64,000 nucleotides of DNA, from NCBI GenBank assembly GCA_963817895.1, contig CAWFQB010000001.1, positions 544,001 to 608,000 of the forward strand. The letters run 5' to 3'. Positions within the stretch are counted from its first letter, which is position 1; every line of letters begins with the position of its first letter. This DNA is from an uncultured Chthonomonadaceae bacterium. Its GTDB lineage: Bacteria > Armatimonadota > Chthonomonadetes > Chthonomonadales > Chthonomonadaceae. The notes below the pieces were generated by a model that saw only the letters and a program-made list of their open reading frames with translations, ran no database searches and was not told where the DNA came from. Below are positions 28,849 through 38,780 of the stretch, piece by piece. Both the position numbers and the translations under genes were made by a program.

Positions 28849-29271
28849 ATGAGACGATTCCAGACGATTCTCGCGCTGTCCGTACTGATGGCGTCCCTTC
28901 CCATGTTCGGGAGCGCGCAAAAGGGGTATCGGCCCTTCAACGGACACAAAGACAAGGCGTATCTATCCAGCTACAACCGGGCCAAAGCCAGCGTACATAA
29001 GCGGTTTACAGCGGAACAGCGAACGCGCATTGCCGGGGAACTGACAAAGTCCGAGAGCCGCGCCGCAGACGCCGCGAAACATCAGGTTCCGGTGACGTCG
29101 AAGATAGGCACGGCAGCCGCCAACAAACAGCAGGATCGGCAGAGCCACCTGAGCATGCGCCTGAGCCGACAATATCAGGCTCAGGTACGCGCCCGCTACC
29201 ACCTGACCCCCGATGAAGCGGTCGTCATCAATCGCGAGGCCATAGATAAAGGCGTCAGGACAGGCCAGTAG
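28849..29271 (+). CDS. Secreted hypothetical protein
   Basis: RBS AAGGAG; signal peptide MRRFQTILALSVLMASLPMFGSA. Confidence 0.65.
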   Translation: MRRFQTILALSVLMASLPMFGSAQKGYRPFNGHKDKAYLSSYNRAKASVHKRFTAEQRTRIAGELTKSESRAADAAKHQVPVTSKIGTAAANKQQDRQSHLSMRLSRQYQAQVRARYHLTPDEAVVINREAIDKGVRTGQ

Positions 29272-30178
29272 ACGCCGGCAGCGCGTTGTCATTCGCTGCT
29301 TCCATGCTGACGCTGCGCGCCGGCTGTTCGGTTTCGAGATTGGGATGAGAACTTCCGGCAGGTCGCAATAGAGTTCGCGCAGGGGCCGCATCCGGCATGG
29401 TTGCCCGCAGAGAGGTTCGGGCGGTTACGGCCTGTTTCGTGCGGGCCTCTATTGCCAGCAGGCAGGCGTTGGCGGCGTGTTCAATGCGCGGCGCATCGGC
29501 CATCCAGACGGGACACGATAGCAGGCGGCGGACGACCCGACGGGAACGGGGAACGCCGACCTGCTCAAACGCGGCTAAAATCGCCAGTATCAGGTTTGCG
29601 TTCGTGCCGCGCAAAACTCGACATAACGCCCTGTGCTGCGCCCGCGAAAGCAAATTTTTGTCCCTCAAATGCGGCAGTGTTTCCACAAGAATCACCTGCG
29701 CGAGACAGGAGGCATCGCGGTCCCCGTAGCGCATGACATCCACGAAAACGTTTACGCGCTCCACAGGCGGAGCCTCCTGCAATAAAAACAGCAGGTTCCG
29801 TATCCGCCGTTGCTTTACGCTGTGCGCCAGACAGTGGCGCGTTAATAGCCGCGTCATCAGCAGGAACAGCGCAAAGAACAGCAGACCAATCCCATTCTGA
29901 ACAGGCCAGCCGAGGAGTAAACGGCCATGCGCGAGTATCAACAACGCGAGGGTCGTTATCAACAGCCATGCCCGCCGCCTGTGGCTTTCCCGAAAGCCCT
30001 GAATGTCGAGTACCAGCAACCCCGTCAGGAATTCGGCGGCAGGCAACCCTTTCGTATCCAGAATTGCCAGCGCGCGCCACAATCTGCGCCGGCTGTCGCT
30101 TTCCAGACAGGCATAAAGTTCATAAGCCGTTTGTCGCGTGAAGCGAGACTCCGGTTCCTCCCTCGTCGCAGGTATCAT
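29255..30178 (-). CDS. Membrane protein with HEAT-like helical C-terminal domain and LLRP tail
   Basis: Two TM helices; LVETLPHL...LAILAAFEQVG...; tail TSLRAT...TLLRPA; paralogous in architecture to 62260-63606. Confidence 0.65.
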   Translation of the reverse strand: MIPATREEPESRFTRQTAYELYACLESDSRRRLWRALAILDTKGLPAAEFLTGLLVLDIQGFRESHRRRAWLLITTLALLILAHGRLLLGWPVQNGIGLLFFALFLLMTRLLTRHCLAHSVKQRRIRNLLFLLQEAPPVERVNVFVDVMRYGDRDASCLAQVILVETLPHLRDKNLLSRAQHRALCRVLRGTNANLILAILAAFEQVGVPRSRRVVRRLLSCPVWMADAPRIEHAANACLLAIEARTKQAVTARTSLRATMPDAAPARTLLRPAGSSHPNLETEQPARSVSMEAANDNALPASTGLS

Positions 30179-30233
30179 TTGTTTGCCTTTTGTTTGAATA
30201 CCCGCCCCGACTGCTGAAGCAAAACCGCGCCCC

Positions 30234-30376
30234 AAAGCAAAAGGAGGCCGGAAGCGGCGCGTTCCACCGGCACATTCTGTGCGCGGCGTCTGCAATCCAC
30301 TTCCGGCCTCCCCTGCGACAAACCGCGAGTTTGTGTCTCGCGTCCTTCACATCAGCAGCCGAAATCGTTGTATTCC
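30234..30376 (-). ncRNA. Candidate structured leader RNA/attenuator, copy A, ending in an intrinsic terminator
   Basis: Aligns with 31032-31180; GGAGGCCGGAAG...CTTCCGGCCTCC followed by TTTTGCTTT; TATAAT at 30399-30394. Confidence 0.6.
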
Positions 30377-30404
30377 ATTCTTGTGATAGGGATATTATAC
30401 CCTA

Positions 30405-30989
30405 TCAGGATTCACAAACCGAAGCCGCTTCCAGACTGGTTTCCAGAGCCGCAAGCACCTCGCCGGCATTGATGGTTTCGGAGAGCGCGTCCGCTTCAGG
30501 ATCGGGACGGTTTTGCACGGTCGGCATATCGCGGCGCAGTTCTTCCAGCAGCGCGATAATTTTCGCGGTGCGCTGGTCGTTGAGCATGTTGATTTGCAAA
30601 TCCAGTTGCTGCCGTCGTTCGGCAAGCTTGCCCTGACGGTTCTGCGTAATCAAGACAACCGTTGCCATCAGCAGCGCGCCCACGTTGACGATGCTGATCA
30701 GCAGGTTGAACGGCGCGGGGTCGAAAGTGGGCGCGTGGAAACGCGGCGCGAAAACATTGACCAGCACCCACGCGATCATCAAAAACATCAGCAGGTACAG
30801 GAAGCGGGGTCGGCCCAGCCATGCGGTTATTTTTTCCGCCACGCGCTGATGGCGGTCCACGTCATGCTCGGCCCGCGCCCGCAGTTCCGCGACGGTCGCG
30901 ATATTCTGGCTGATGGGGTCAAGCGGCGCGGGCGGCGAGATTTCTTCAACACTGTTTAACGCCTGTTGCGATGTTTGTGTAGTCTGCAT
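30405..30989 (-). CDS. DUF1003 family membrane protein
   Basis: AEKITAWLGRPRF...WVLVN...FDPAPFNLL...VVLITQNRQ...LDLQINML. Confidence 0.88.
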   Translation of the reverse strand: MQTTQTSQQALNSVEEISPPAPLDPISQNIATVAELRARAEHDVDRHQRVAEKITAWLGRPRFLYLLMFLMIAWVLVNVFAPRFHAPTFDPAPFNLLISIVNVGALLMATVVLITQNRQGKLAERRQQLDLQINMLNDQRTAKIIALLEELRRDMPTVQNRPDPEADALSETINAGEVLAALETSLEAASVCES

Positions 30990-31031
30990 GGACAATGTTC
31001 TGCTCTTCCCGTATCTTCCCGAATTTTGCTC

Positions 31032-31180
31032 AAAACAAAGGAGGCCGGAAGCGGCGCGCGTTCAACCGGCGCGTTTCGCGCGCGGTATCCGCGTTTTGCT
31101 TCCGGCCTCCCTGACGACCAACAGCAAGCCTGCACCCCGCTGTTCTTCGTCCCGGCAACCGAAATTGTTATGGTGTTCCC
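31032..31180 (-). ncRNA. Candidate structured leader RNA/attenuator, copy B, ending in an intrinsic terminator
   Basis: Extended -10 TGCTACAAT at 31194-31186; same stems as copy A with compensatory changes; terminator followed by TTTGTTTT. Confidence 0.6.
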
Positions 31181-31515
31181 ACGCTATTGTAGCATGTTTG
31201 CTTTCCGGGCGCAGGCCATCTTTTGAAAAATACGCGCCCTCTCCGACGCTTCGCAACCTGATGCTTCGCAGAATGTCCGCGTCTGTTGTGGCGACGCGCC
31301 CTTGCTTTGCCGCGAAATACCTGTTTTGCTGAATTGCCGGTAAAAATATTCGCGTGTCGGCAGGAGTTTGCCCGCAAAACGCGAATCTAAATCCTGTTGC
31401 CTGACCGTTTGTTGTGTTTTCGCTTTTTAACGCGAAGAGTATTGCCCTCCCACGCTATGTATCTCAACCATCTATCCTGTTTCTGATTTAACTGTTTCCA
31501 AGGAGAAGAACACCT

Positions 31516-32491
31516 ATGAAGCCCATACGCCTCCGCCCTGTCGCCCTGTCCGGTTTGTCCCTGTTTTCCATTCTCATTGCCGCGCCCTATGTTTGCGCGC
31601 AAGCGCCTCGCCGCTTCTGTTCCCGCCGGACTGAAAAAGACCGCCAAATCCGCGCCCAAATCGCCTAATGTGAAATCCGGCGAGATCGTGGCCCTGAGCG
31701 CGGACGAGGGAACCATACAGATCAAAGACAAACTGGGCAAGACCGCCGAGTACGCGCTGACGGAAAAGACGCGGTTCCTGAAAGGCAAGCAGGAGGCCGA
31801 AGTCAGCGCGTTCAAGCCGGGGGAGGCGGTTGTCGTGCATATCCGCAAGGCGCGGGACGGGGGCGATGCGCAGGCGACGGAAGTGGCGGATAAAGCGTCG
31901 TGGGCATGGCTGGAAGATGTCAAGCGCAACATGGCGGAGGGCGTGATTACCTCGCTGGAAGATGAAGAATTGGTTGTTACGATTGGCGCGGAAAAGATTC
32001 CGGTTGCGTATAGAGTGAGTGACAAGACGACGTGGAGCCGGAGCGGCAAGCCCGCCTCCGCCGCAGACTTCAAAGTAGGGGATAAAGTCGTCATTGTGCC
32101 GCGTTCGCTTCCGAGCGGCGCGATTATGGCGCGGGCAGTGAGCGATACGCCCCAGGCGGCGATGCAGCTCAAAGAGCGGCAGGCGACCTCGGTGCATGGA
32201 GTCGTGAAAACGGTAGACGCGGCGGCTTACAAGCTGACGGTGGAAACCCCGACAAGCGATATGCGGCTGATACAGGGCAATGCGGAAACGGAAGTGGTTT
32301 CAAAAAGCAAGGCACTGCCCTGGACGGCCCTGAAACCCGGCCAACATGTCGGCGCGCGGCTGCGCCACGATTACGCGGGTGACGCGGTTTGCTGGCGCAT
32401 CACCATCGAAACGGGCAAAAGCGCCACGACAATCAAATTTAAAAAGCCGCCGACAGCCAAAACCGGCGTCAAAGAAACGGTAAAGCATTAA
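31516..32491 (+). CDS. Secreted protein with three OB-fold-like (DUF5666-like) repeats (frameshift near 31607)
   Basis: RBS AGGAG; signal peptide MKPIRLRPVALSGLSLFSILIAAPYVCAQ in a different frame from the body; repeats ending FKPGEAV, FKVGDKV and LKPGQHV. Confidence 0.7.
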
Positions 32492-32550
32492 ACCACGGGG
32501 AACACGGGGGACACGGAGGCGAATACATGTTCCCCGTCTTCCCAGTGGTT
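32492..32550. repeat. Palindromic 9-mer element ACCACGGGGAACACGG ... CCCGTCTTCCCAGTGGT
   Basis: Read directly; imperfect inverted arrangement. Confidence 0.6.
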
Positions 32551-32577
32551 CCTAATTCCTTCTGTTGAGGTATAGTT

Positions 32578-33498
32578 ATGGCAGGGAAGCCGCGTATTGT
32601 GGTGGTGGGCAGCGCGAATATGGATTTGGCGGTACGCTGTTTGAAGATCGCCGCGCCGGGTGAAACCGTGTTGGGCGGGCAGTTTATGACGGTTCCGGGC
32701 GGCAAGGGCGCCAATCAGGCGGTGGCGGCGGCGCGGTTGGGCGGTGACGTCTCGTTTGTCGGGCGTATCGGCAAAGACGCGTTCGGCGACCAACTGGCGC
32801 GGGCGCTTGCCGACGACGGCATTGACACCAACTTTCTGTTGCGCGACCTGCATCAGCCGACGGGCGTGGCGCTCATCAGCGTGGACGCGCAGGGGCAGAA
32901 TGCCATTACGGTTGCGTCCGGCGCGAACCATCAGGTCAGCCCCGAAGATGTCGAAGGGGCGCGGGAACGGATTGCCGAAGCCGACGTACTGGTAATTCAA
33001 CTGGAAATACCGCTGGAAACGGTGACATTCGCCGTTGAATTCGCGCGCTCGCTGAATACCCGCGTTTTGCTGAACCCGGCCCCGGCGCGGTATGATGATC
33101 CATTGCCCGCGTATCTGCTGCGCAAGATAGATGTTCTGACGCCCAACGAACATGAAGCCGCCAATCTGCTCGGATACGAAACCACAGACGGACTGGACAT
33201 GGCGGATGTGGCGCAGCAATTACATGACATTGGCGGTGGACAGGTGGTTGTCACGCTTGGCGAATACGGCTGCCTGATTGCGACAGACGCGGGAGTTCAG
33301 CGCGTCCCTGCCCAACCTGTGACTCCGGTAGACACCACAGCGGCGGGCGATTGCTTCACGGGCGGGCTGGCAGTGGCATTGGGAGAGGGCCGCTCGTTGC
33401 GGGAAGCCATAAATTTCGCCATGCGGGCGGCAGCAATCGCTGTCACGCGGGCCGGGGCGCAGCCGTCCCTGCCGAGGCGCGAGGAGTTAAGTCATTAG
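32578..33498 (+). CDS. rbsK: Ribokinase
   Basis: VVGSANMDL, PGGKGANQAVAAARLG, TPNEHEA, VDTTAAGDCFTGG, GAQPSLP. Confidence 0.95.
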   Translation: MAGKPRIVVVGSANMDLAVRCLKIAAPGETVLGGQFMTVPGGKGANQAVAAARLGGDVSFVGRIGKDAFGDQLARALADDGIDTNFLLRDLHQPTGVALISVDAQGQNAITVASGANHQVSPEDVEGARERIAEADVLVIQLEIPLETVTFAVEFARSLNTRVLLNPAPARYDDPLPAYLLRKIDVLTPNEHEAANLLGYETTDGLDMADVAQQLHDIGGGQVVVTLGEYGCLIATDAGVQRVPAQPVTPVDTTAAGDCFTGGLAVALGEGRSLREAINFAMRAAAIAVTRAGAQPSLPRREELSH

Positions 33499-33614
33499 GT
33501 TGTTAGTTGTCAGGTTGTCAGGTTGATATGGATGAGGAAAGATTTGGTTGACTTGAGTATTGACCTAACAACCTAAAAACCTAACAACTAACAACCTAAT
33601 GCAGGAGATTTACA

Positions 33615-34083
33615 TTGGAGTATTTGACGACACACGATCTGGTATGGATCAATGAAGTGGTAACGGGGCGCGTACAGCCGTATAACTATGTCACGCTGGA
33701 AGCGGTGATGGCGGGACAGTATGCGTATGGCAAGAGCAGCGACGTGTTGGCGCAGGCGTCTATCCTGCTGGAACGCCTGCTGACCAAAACGCCGTTTCTG
33801 GAGGGCAACCGCCGCACAGCCTTTATCGCCACCCTGACATTCCTGAACGCCAACGGCTACGTCGCGCAGGCGGGGGACGCGCAGGCGGCGCAGATTGTCG
33901 AGGCCGTCGCCGAGGGGCGAGTTGCCGCAATACAGGCGCATGGGCGATATGGCCGCGCCCTCCAACTCCAATTTGCCGATGGGCGTAACACTGCGCAAAC
34001 TGATTACGCATGAGTGCAACCTCCACACGGAAGCCCTGCGCCTGCTCACCGCTAATGACGGCGTAGTGATTATGAAGCGGTAA
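33615..34083 (+). CDS. Fic/Doc-like protein with degenerate active site (frameshift near 33935)
   Basis: TPFLEGNRRTA aligns with the Fic motif HPFxxGNxR; FLNANGY; RBS AGGAG; flanked on both sides by TAGGTTG-type repeat elements. Confidence 0.75.
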
Positions 34084-34239
34084 GTTGTTAGGTTGTTAGG
34101 TTGTTAGTTGTCAGGTTTCCTCCTGACAGCCTATTTACCTGACAACCTGACAACTAACAACCTAATTTTGTGGTATACTGATAATAGGCCACTTGTTGGC
34201 ATATTAAATTTTCAGTTGTTACAAAAACGCCAGGGGATT

Positions 34240-34298
34240 AAGCCTCTATCTCTCGCGCCTTTGCAATGGCGCGACTGAGATAGAGGCTTTGTGTTTTC
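34240..34298 (+). terminator. Intrinsic terminator-like hairpin downstream of an extended -10 promoter (TGGTATACT 34171-34179)
   Basis: aagcctctatctc tcgcgcc...ggcgcga ct gagatagaggctt followed by tgtgtttt. Confidence 0.65.
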
Positions 34299-34415
34299 AT
34301 CCTTTTTGACGCCCAATTGGGAGTGAAAACAGACAGGCGCAATCAATGGAGATGCGCAGGAAGAGTATGCCTGCGATTTGAGGGGCGGAGAGAACGCCGA
34401 AGGGGTTATCGAACA

Positions 34416-34726
34416 ATGACAGACGAAACGACAGATAAGGGAACAACCGAGGGCAAAGCGCCCGTTCCTGCCCGTACAGCAGACGCCGAATTCCCGTTAC
34501 CGTGAAGGGGCAAAAGTACGTCGCGCCCGCAGGTCGGCACAGCCAGCAGACGCATCGCCTTGCCGAAGAACGCGCCGCCGCTATGGGGAACACCACCGAA
34601 AAAGAGCAGCACGCGAGCGACCGGAATGCTGTTGTCACGGAACTGAACCGACGCGCAGACCAGAAGACACAGAACGGACAGAAGAAGCAGAGCGCGCCGC
34701 CGAAAGCGCCGACAGAACAGAGCTGA
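34416..34726 (+). CDS. Small hydrophilic hypothetical protein (probable frameshift near 34493)
   Basis: MTDETTDKG...EF joins VTVKGQKYVAP... if one base is added; low-complexity, charged. Confidence 0.45.
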
Positions 34727-34746
34727 GATAAGAACAGGGGCCAGCC

Positions 34747-34986
34747 ATGAAAAGACCGTTCAAAGAGGCCATCTGCACCTGCACGTCAGCGCGTTCACTG
34801 CTATACCAGAGCCTCGTCATTCACAAGCCGAAATGCCTGCTGTACGCTTCGCTCCTCGCTTACGAGAACGCGAATGTGAAGCTGTCCGAAACAGCGGAAT
34901 TTAACGCGCCGACGCCGACAATTCTGGAAAATAAAGCGGCGGGACGAAGCCGCCTGACGCCCTCCGAGTCGCCCCTGCTGGCGTAA
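34747..34986 (+). CDS. Small hypothetical protein
   Basis: 79-aa ORF with ATG start, G-rich RBS and host-like codon usage. Confidence 0.45.
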   Translation: MKRPFKEAICTCTSARSLLYQSLVIHKPKCLLYASLLAYENANVKLSETAEFNAPTPTILENKAAGRSRLTPSESPLLA

Positions 34987-35069
34987 TTTTGTTTGCAGGG
35001 CTTGCCGTCAGGACAATTTATTCTGACGGTAAAGGCCACGCGAACATTTTGCGCTAAAACAGGAAACTT

Positions 35070-35582
35070 TTACCAGCCGTGAACTCGCGGCGGTTTTTCC
35101 GGCGCGTTCAACGCTTCCATCAGGGCAGCCGTGACAACGCCGAAGGTGAGATGCGCCACAAGCCCTCGAATATGGGCCTCCACCGGATATTGGCTGTTGT
35201 CGCCTGCCAGTCCCATCGCCGGGGCTATTCCCTCGTCCTCGACCGCCCAGAACAGCGCGCCGAACAGCAGGCCGCCCGTCAGCCATTTCAGATTCCAGGT
35301 ACGGGCAGCCAGCGCGTACACGGCTCCCATTGTCGCGCTCAATCCCGTCGCCACCGCCTGCTCGAAAACCTTCTCCTGATGTGGCGTCATTTTCTGCCCG
35401 GTTTTGGCCTGTAGCTGTTGGGCCAGCACAATGAACGGGTCGCGCAGTTCAATGGCGTTTTCCCGGTCAATGTCTTTCGGGCTTGCCAGATCGTACAGTA
35501 TCTGCGACATGCCGAGCAACGCCGCCCCGCCAATCATTCCCACTGCCGCCCCAATCAGCACATCCCGCGATAAACTTCCCAT
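35070..35582 (-). CDS. DUF1440-like membrane protein
   Basis: LIGAAVGMIGG...GLLFGALFWAVEDEGIAPAMGL...YPVEAHIRGLVAHLTFG. Confidence 0.75.
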   Translation of the reverse strand: MGSLSRDVLIGAAVGMIGGAALLGMSQILYDLASPKDIDRENAIELRDPFIVLAQQLQAKTGQKMTPHQEKVFEQAVATGLSATMGAVYALAARTWNLKWLTGGLLFGALFWAVEDEGIAPAMGLAGDNSQYPVEAHIRGLVAHLTFGVVTAALMEALNAPEKPPRVHGW

Positions 35583-35825
35583 GCTGTGATTCTCCTGTTC
35601 CATCGAATTGCTGCTCGCTTGAATCCGAAGCGAGCATTGTCGATTCAATGCTGTAACTCTTTCGTAGGTTAGCGCCCGTCCTCAATAGGCGAAATCCTCT
35701 GCTCCGATGTTCCCCGCGTTTTCAGCGAAAAGCGCGAAAACGACACGCGAACCACAGGTACAATGAAACCCTACAAACACTATGAAAGCCATAAGGACAC
35801 TACGCGGAAAGGAAAATCTGCCAGC

Positions 35826-36287
35826 ATGACGGAATCATCGCTGCCTTGCTTTACCTGCCTGTCGAACACAGGCGAACGCCGCATTTCCCCCGGTCAAACC
35901 ATTTATGAGGGGCAGCATTGGCTTGTGGAACACGCTTATCCCTGTGGGCTTATCGGCTGGCTTGTGATCGTATTGCGGCGTCATGCCGAAGCCCTGCACG
36001 AACTGACGCCTGCGGAATGGGAAGAACTGGGTAGTGTGCAGCAGCGTACCGTGACGCTGCTGCATCGCGCCTTGAACTGCGAAAAAGAGTATGTCATGGG
36101 GATTGCCGAAGTTCCCGGCTTCCGGCACATCCACTTTCACGTTGTCGCCAAGCCCCATGACCTGCCTTCCGAACTGGTCGGAACGCGCATCTTTGCTATG
36201 CTCAAAGTAAGCGCGGAAGAAGCCATTCCGCCGGAACAAATCGCCGCCTTTTGCGAACGGATGTGCCGTTTGTTCGACGTTGTGTAA
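35826..36287 (+). CDS. HIT family hydrolase
   Basis: CFTC N-terminus, IYEGQHW, HIHFHVV histidine triad. Confidence 0.88.
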   Translation: MTESSLPCFTCLSNTGERRISPGQTIYEGQHWLVEHAYPCGLIGWLVIVLRRHAEALHELTPAEWEELGSVQQRTVTLLHRALNCEKEYVMGIAEVPGFRHIHFHVVAKPHDLPSELVGTRIFAMLKVSAEEAIPPEQIAAFCERMCRLFDVV

Positions 36288-36345
36288 TCCGGCATCTGAT
36301 TCTCCTTGTCTCCCCCTCTTTCCCCGCATGGTACAATAAACTACT

Positions 36346-38196
36346 ATGCCCACGCAATCCGTCGAAGAAAAACTCGCCACGCTTCCGACCAAACCCGGCT
36401 GTTACCTGCACAAAGACAAGACCGGAACCATCATCTATGTCGGCAAAGCCATCAACCTGCGTAACCGCGTCCGCTCGTACTTCCAGAAGTCGGCCAACCA
36501 CTCGCCCAAAGTGCGCCGACTGGTTTCGCACATCGCCGATCTGGAGTACATCGTCTGTGAAACGGAACTGGAAGCGCTTGTCCTCGAATGTAACCTCATC
36601 AAGAAGTACCAGCCGCATTACAATGTCCGGCTGCGCGACGACAAGCAGTATCCCTACCTGTGTCTTACCATGTCGGAGCCGTTTCCGCGCCTGATTGTCG
36701 TGCGGCGCGTTCGGCAGGACAGCAACAAGTATTTCGGGCCGTACACCAATAGCCGCAGCGTGTACGCTACCATGGAACTCGTCAACCGGACTTTTCCCCT
36801 GATCTCGTGCGGCAAAAGTTTCGACGGGCGACCGGTGCAAAAGCCGTGCCTGTATCACCACATGGGGCAATGCCTCGCGCCGTGCGCCGGACTTGCGGAC
36901 AAGGAAGAGTACCGCGCCGCCTGCAAGGACGTTTCCGACTTTCTGGACGGGCGCGAAGAGCGTATCATCAAGGATATGCGCCAACAGATGGAGGAAGCCT
37001 CGGAAAATCTGGAATTCGAGCGGGCCGCCCGTTTGCGGGATCGCTTGCAGGCCGTCGAGGATACCCTGAAACGCCAGCGCGTGATGACGACGGAAACCAT
37101 AGATCAGGACGTTATCGCGGTCGTGGAGGACAATACGGGGCTGAACGGCGCGTGCGTGCAGATGTTCTTTATCCGGGGCGGCAAACTCATCGGGCAGAAC
37201 CATTTTCTGGTCGAGGGTACGGAAGAGGGCAGTCAGGACGACGTTGTTCAGGAGTTCGTGAAGCAGTATTACCAGAACGCCAATTATATTCCGCAGGAGA
37301 TTCTGCTGCCGCATGAGATCGAGGAGAGCCAGATTATTCAGTCGTGGCTGCGGCAGAAAAAGGGCAAAAAGGTCGAGGTGCATGTGCCGGTAAGGGGCGA
37401 CAAGAAGAAACTCATAGACATGGCGACGGAAAACGCCAGTCACGCGCTTGTGCAGATCAAGGCGGAAATGCGGGCTAAAATGGGCAACGCGGAAGTGGCT
37501 CTGAAGGAATTGGGGGAAGCCCTCGGACTGCCGGAACCGCCCATGCGAATCGAGTGTTACGACATTTCCAACACGCAGGGAGCCAATCAGGTCGCGTCCA
37601 TGGTGGTGTGCGAAAAGGGGCAGATGAACAAGACCGAATATCGGCGGTTCAAAATCCAGCGCGAGGACGACAAGCCCAACGACTTTGCCAGCATGGAGGA
37701 GGTACTGCGCCGCCGCCTGAAAGAATCGCAGAAACTCAACAATCCCAAATTCAACAAATTGCCCGACCTGATTATCGTGGACGGCGGGCGCGGGCAGGTG
37801 TCGTCCGCGCTTACAGCCATGACGGAAACGGGCGTCTCGCTTCCCCTGTGCGGGCTTGCCAAGCAGTTCGAGCATCTGTTTCTGCCCAACGAACCCGACC
37901 CGGTCATTCTGCCGCGCAACTCGCAGGCGATGTTTCTCATCCAGCGCATCCGCGACGAGGCGCACCGTTTCGCCAACACCTTCAACGCGCAATTGCGGGG
38001 CAAAGCGCAAACCCATTCCTTGCTCGACGAGGTTCCCGGCATCGGCCCCAAACGCCGCAAGCAGCTTCAACTGCATTTCGGCAGCGTTGCCAAAATGAAG
38101 CAGGCCACCCAATCCGAACTCGCCGAAGCCCCCGGCATGAACGCCTCTTTAGCAGAAGTTCTCTTCGACTACCTGCACGATGCTACGAAAACCTGA
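36346..38196 (+). CDS. uvrC: Excinuclease ABC subunit C
   Basis: GIY-YIG (PGCYLHKD...IYVGKAINLRNRVRSYF), UVR domain LEFERAARLRD, RIECYDISN, PDLIIVDGGRGQ, RDEAHRFA, HhH VPGIGPKRR. Confidence 0.98.
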   Translation: MPTQSVEEKLATLPTKPGCYLHKDKTGTIIYVGKAINLRNRVRSYFQKSANHSPKVRRLVSHIADLEYIVCETELEALVLECNLIKKYQPHYNVRLRDDKQYPYLCLTMSEPFPRLIVVRRVRQDSNKYFGPYTNSRSVYATMELVNRTFPLISCGKSFDGRPVQKPCLYHHMGQCLAPCAGLADKEEYRAACKDVSDFLDGREERIIKDMRQQMEEASENLEFERAARLRDRLQAVEDTLKRQRVMTTETIDQDVIAVVEDNTGLNGACVQMFFIRGGKLIGQNHFLVEGTEEGSQDDVVQEFVKQYYQNANYIPQEILLPHEIEESQIIQSWLRQKKGKKVEVHVPVRGDKKKLIDMATENASHALVQIKAEMRAKMGNAEVALKELGEALGLPEPPMRIECYDISNTQGANQVASMVVCEKGQMNKTEYRRFKIQREDDKPNDFASMEEVLRRRLKESQKLNNPKFNKLPDLIIVDGGRGQVSSALTAMTETGVSLPLCGLAKQFEHLFLPNEPDPVILPRNSQAMFLIQRIRDEAHRFANTFNAQLRGKAQTHSLLDEVPGIGPKRRKQLQLHFGSVAKMKQATQSELAEAPGMNASLAEVLFDYLHDATKT

Positions 38197-38216
38197 TCTA
38201 AAAAGATTATGAGGCG

Positions 38217-38459
38217 TCAGCAACGTCCCATCGTTTGCTGTCCAATTCGCAGGCCATAGAGGTTGTAGGGAGAATATTTCGACGTGGCGCGTTTCATCAG
38301 CGCAATCTCATCCTCGTCAATCAGGTACTCGCCTGTTTCAATGTCAATCACGAGATATTTGCCGATGTTCTCAGGCTCAACACGGGCGCGAATTTGCTGC
38401 TCATAGAGCGTTTTGGCCCGCGCTGCAACTTCTTCTTTGGTATACTGGACTTGTGCCAT
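38217..38459 (-). CDS. Small conserved hypothetical protein (DUF5678-like)
   Basis: GKYLVIDIETGEY...LRIG motif; RBS AGGAGG; extended -10 TGCTATAAT upstream. Confidence 0.7.
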   Translation of the reverse strand: MAQVQYTKEEVAARAKTLYEQQIRARVEPENIGKYLVIDIETGEYLIDEDEIALMKRATSKYSPYNLYGLRIGQQTMGRC

Positions 38460-38780
38460 TTTTACGCCTCCTTGTTGGGTATTATAGCATAGTAGGACGC
38501 AGGGACACGCTACATTCGTTTACGATGAAACGCAAACGGTTTCACCTGAACCTATGCCCGATGCTGTCATTGCAATTGCCGATTTGCTGCCGTGCCTGCG
38601 CGCTGAAGACACTGGCAGCGAGAATTAATCAGGAGCAAGAGAAATGGCGCGCCTGCTGAAATAGGAAGGAACGTGGGAGGAACCGGCAATGCGCAGCGCC
38701 GGAATTTCGAGACAGAAAACCGGATATGACACATTCAAAGATGCCCTGTGGAATTCGCCATAAGAGGGGAAACAGGAGAA

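Noticed and set aside
38217..38459. Toxin-antitoxin pair downstream of uvrC
   Set aside because: Only one small gene is present; no partner ORF fits between it and uvrC
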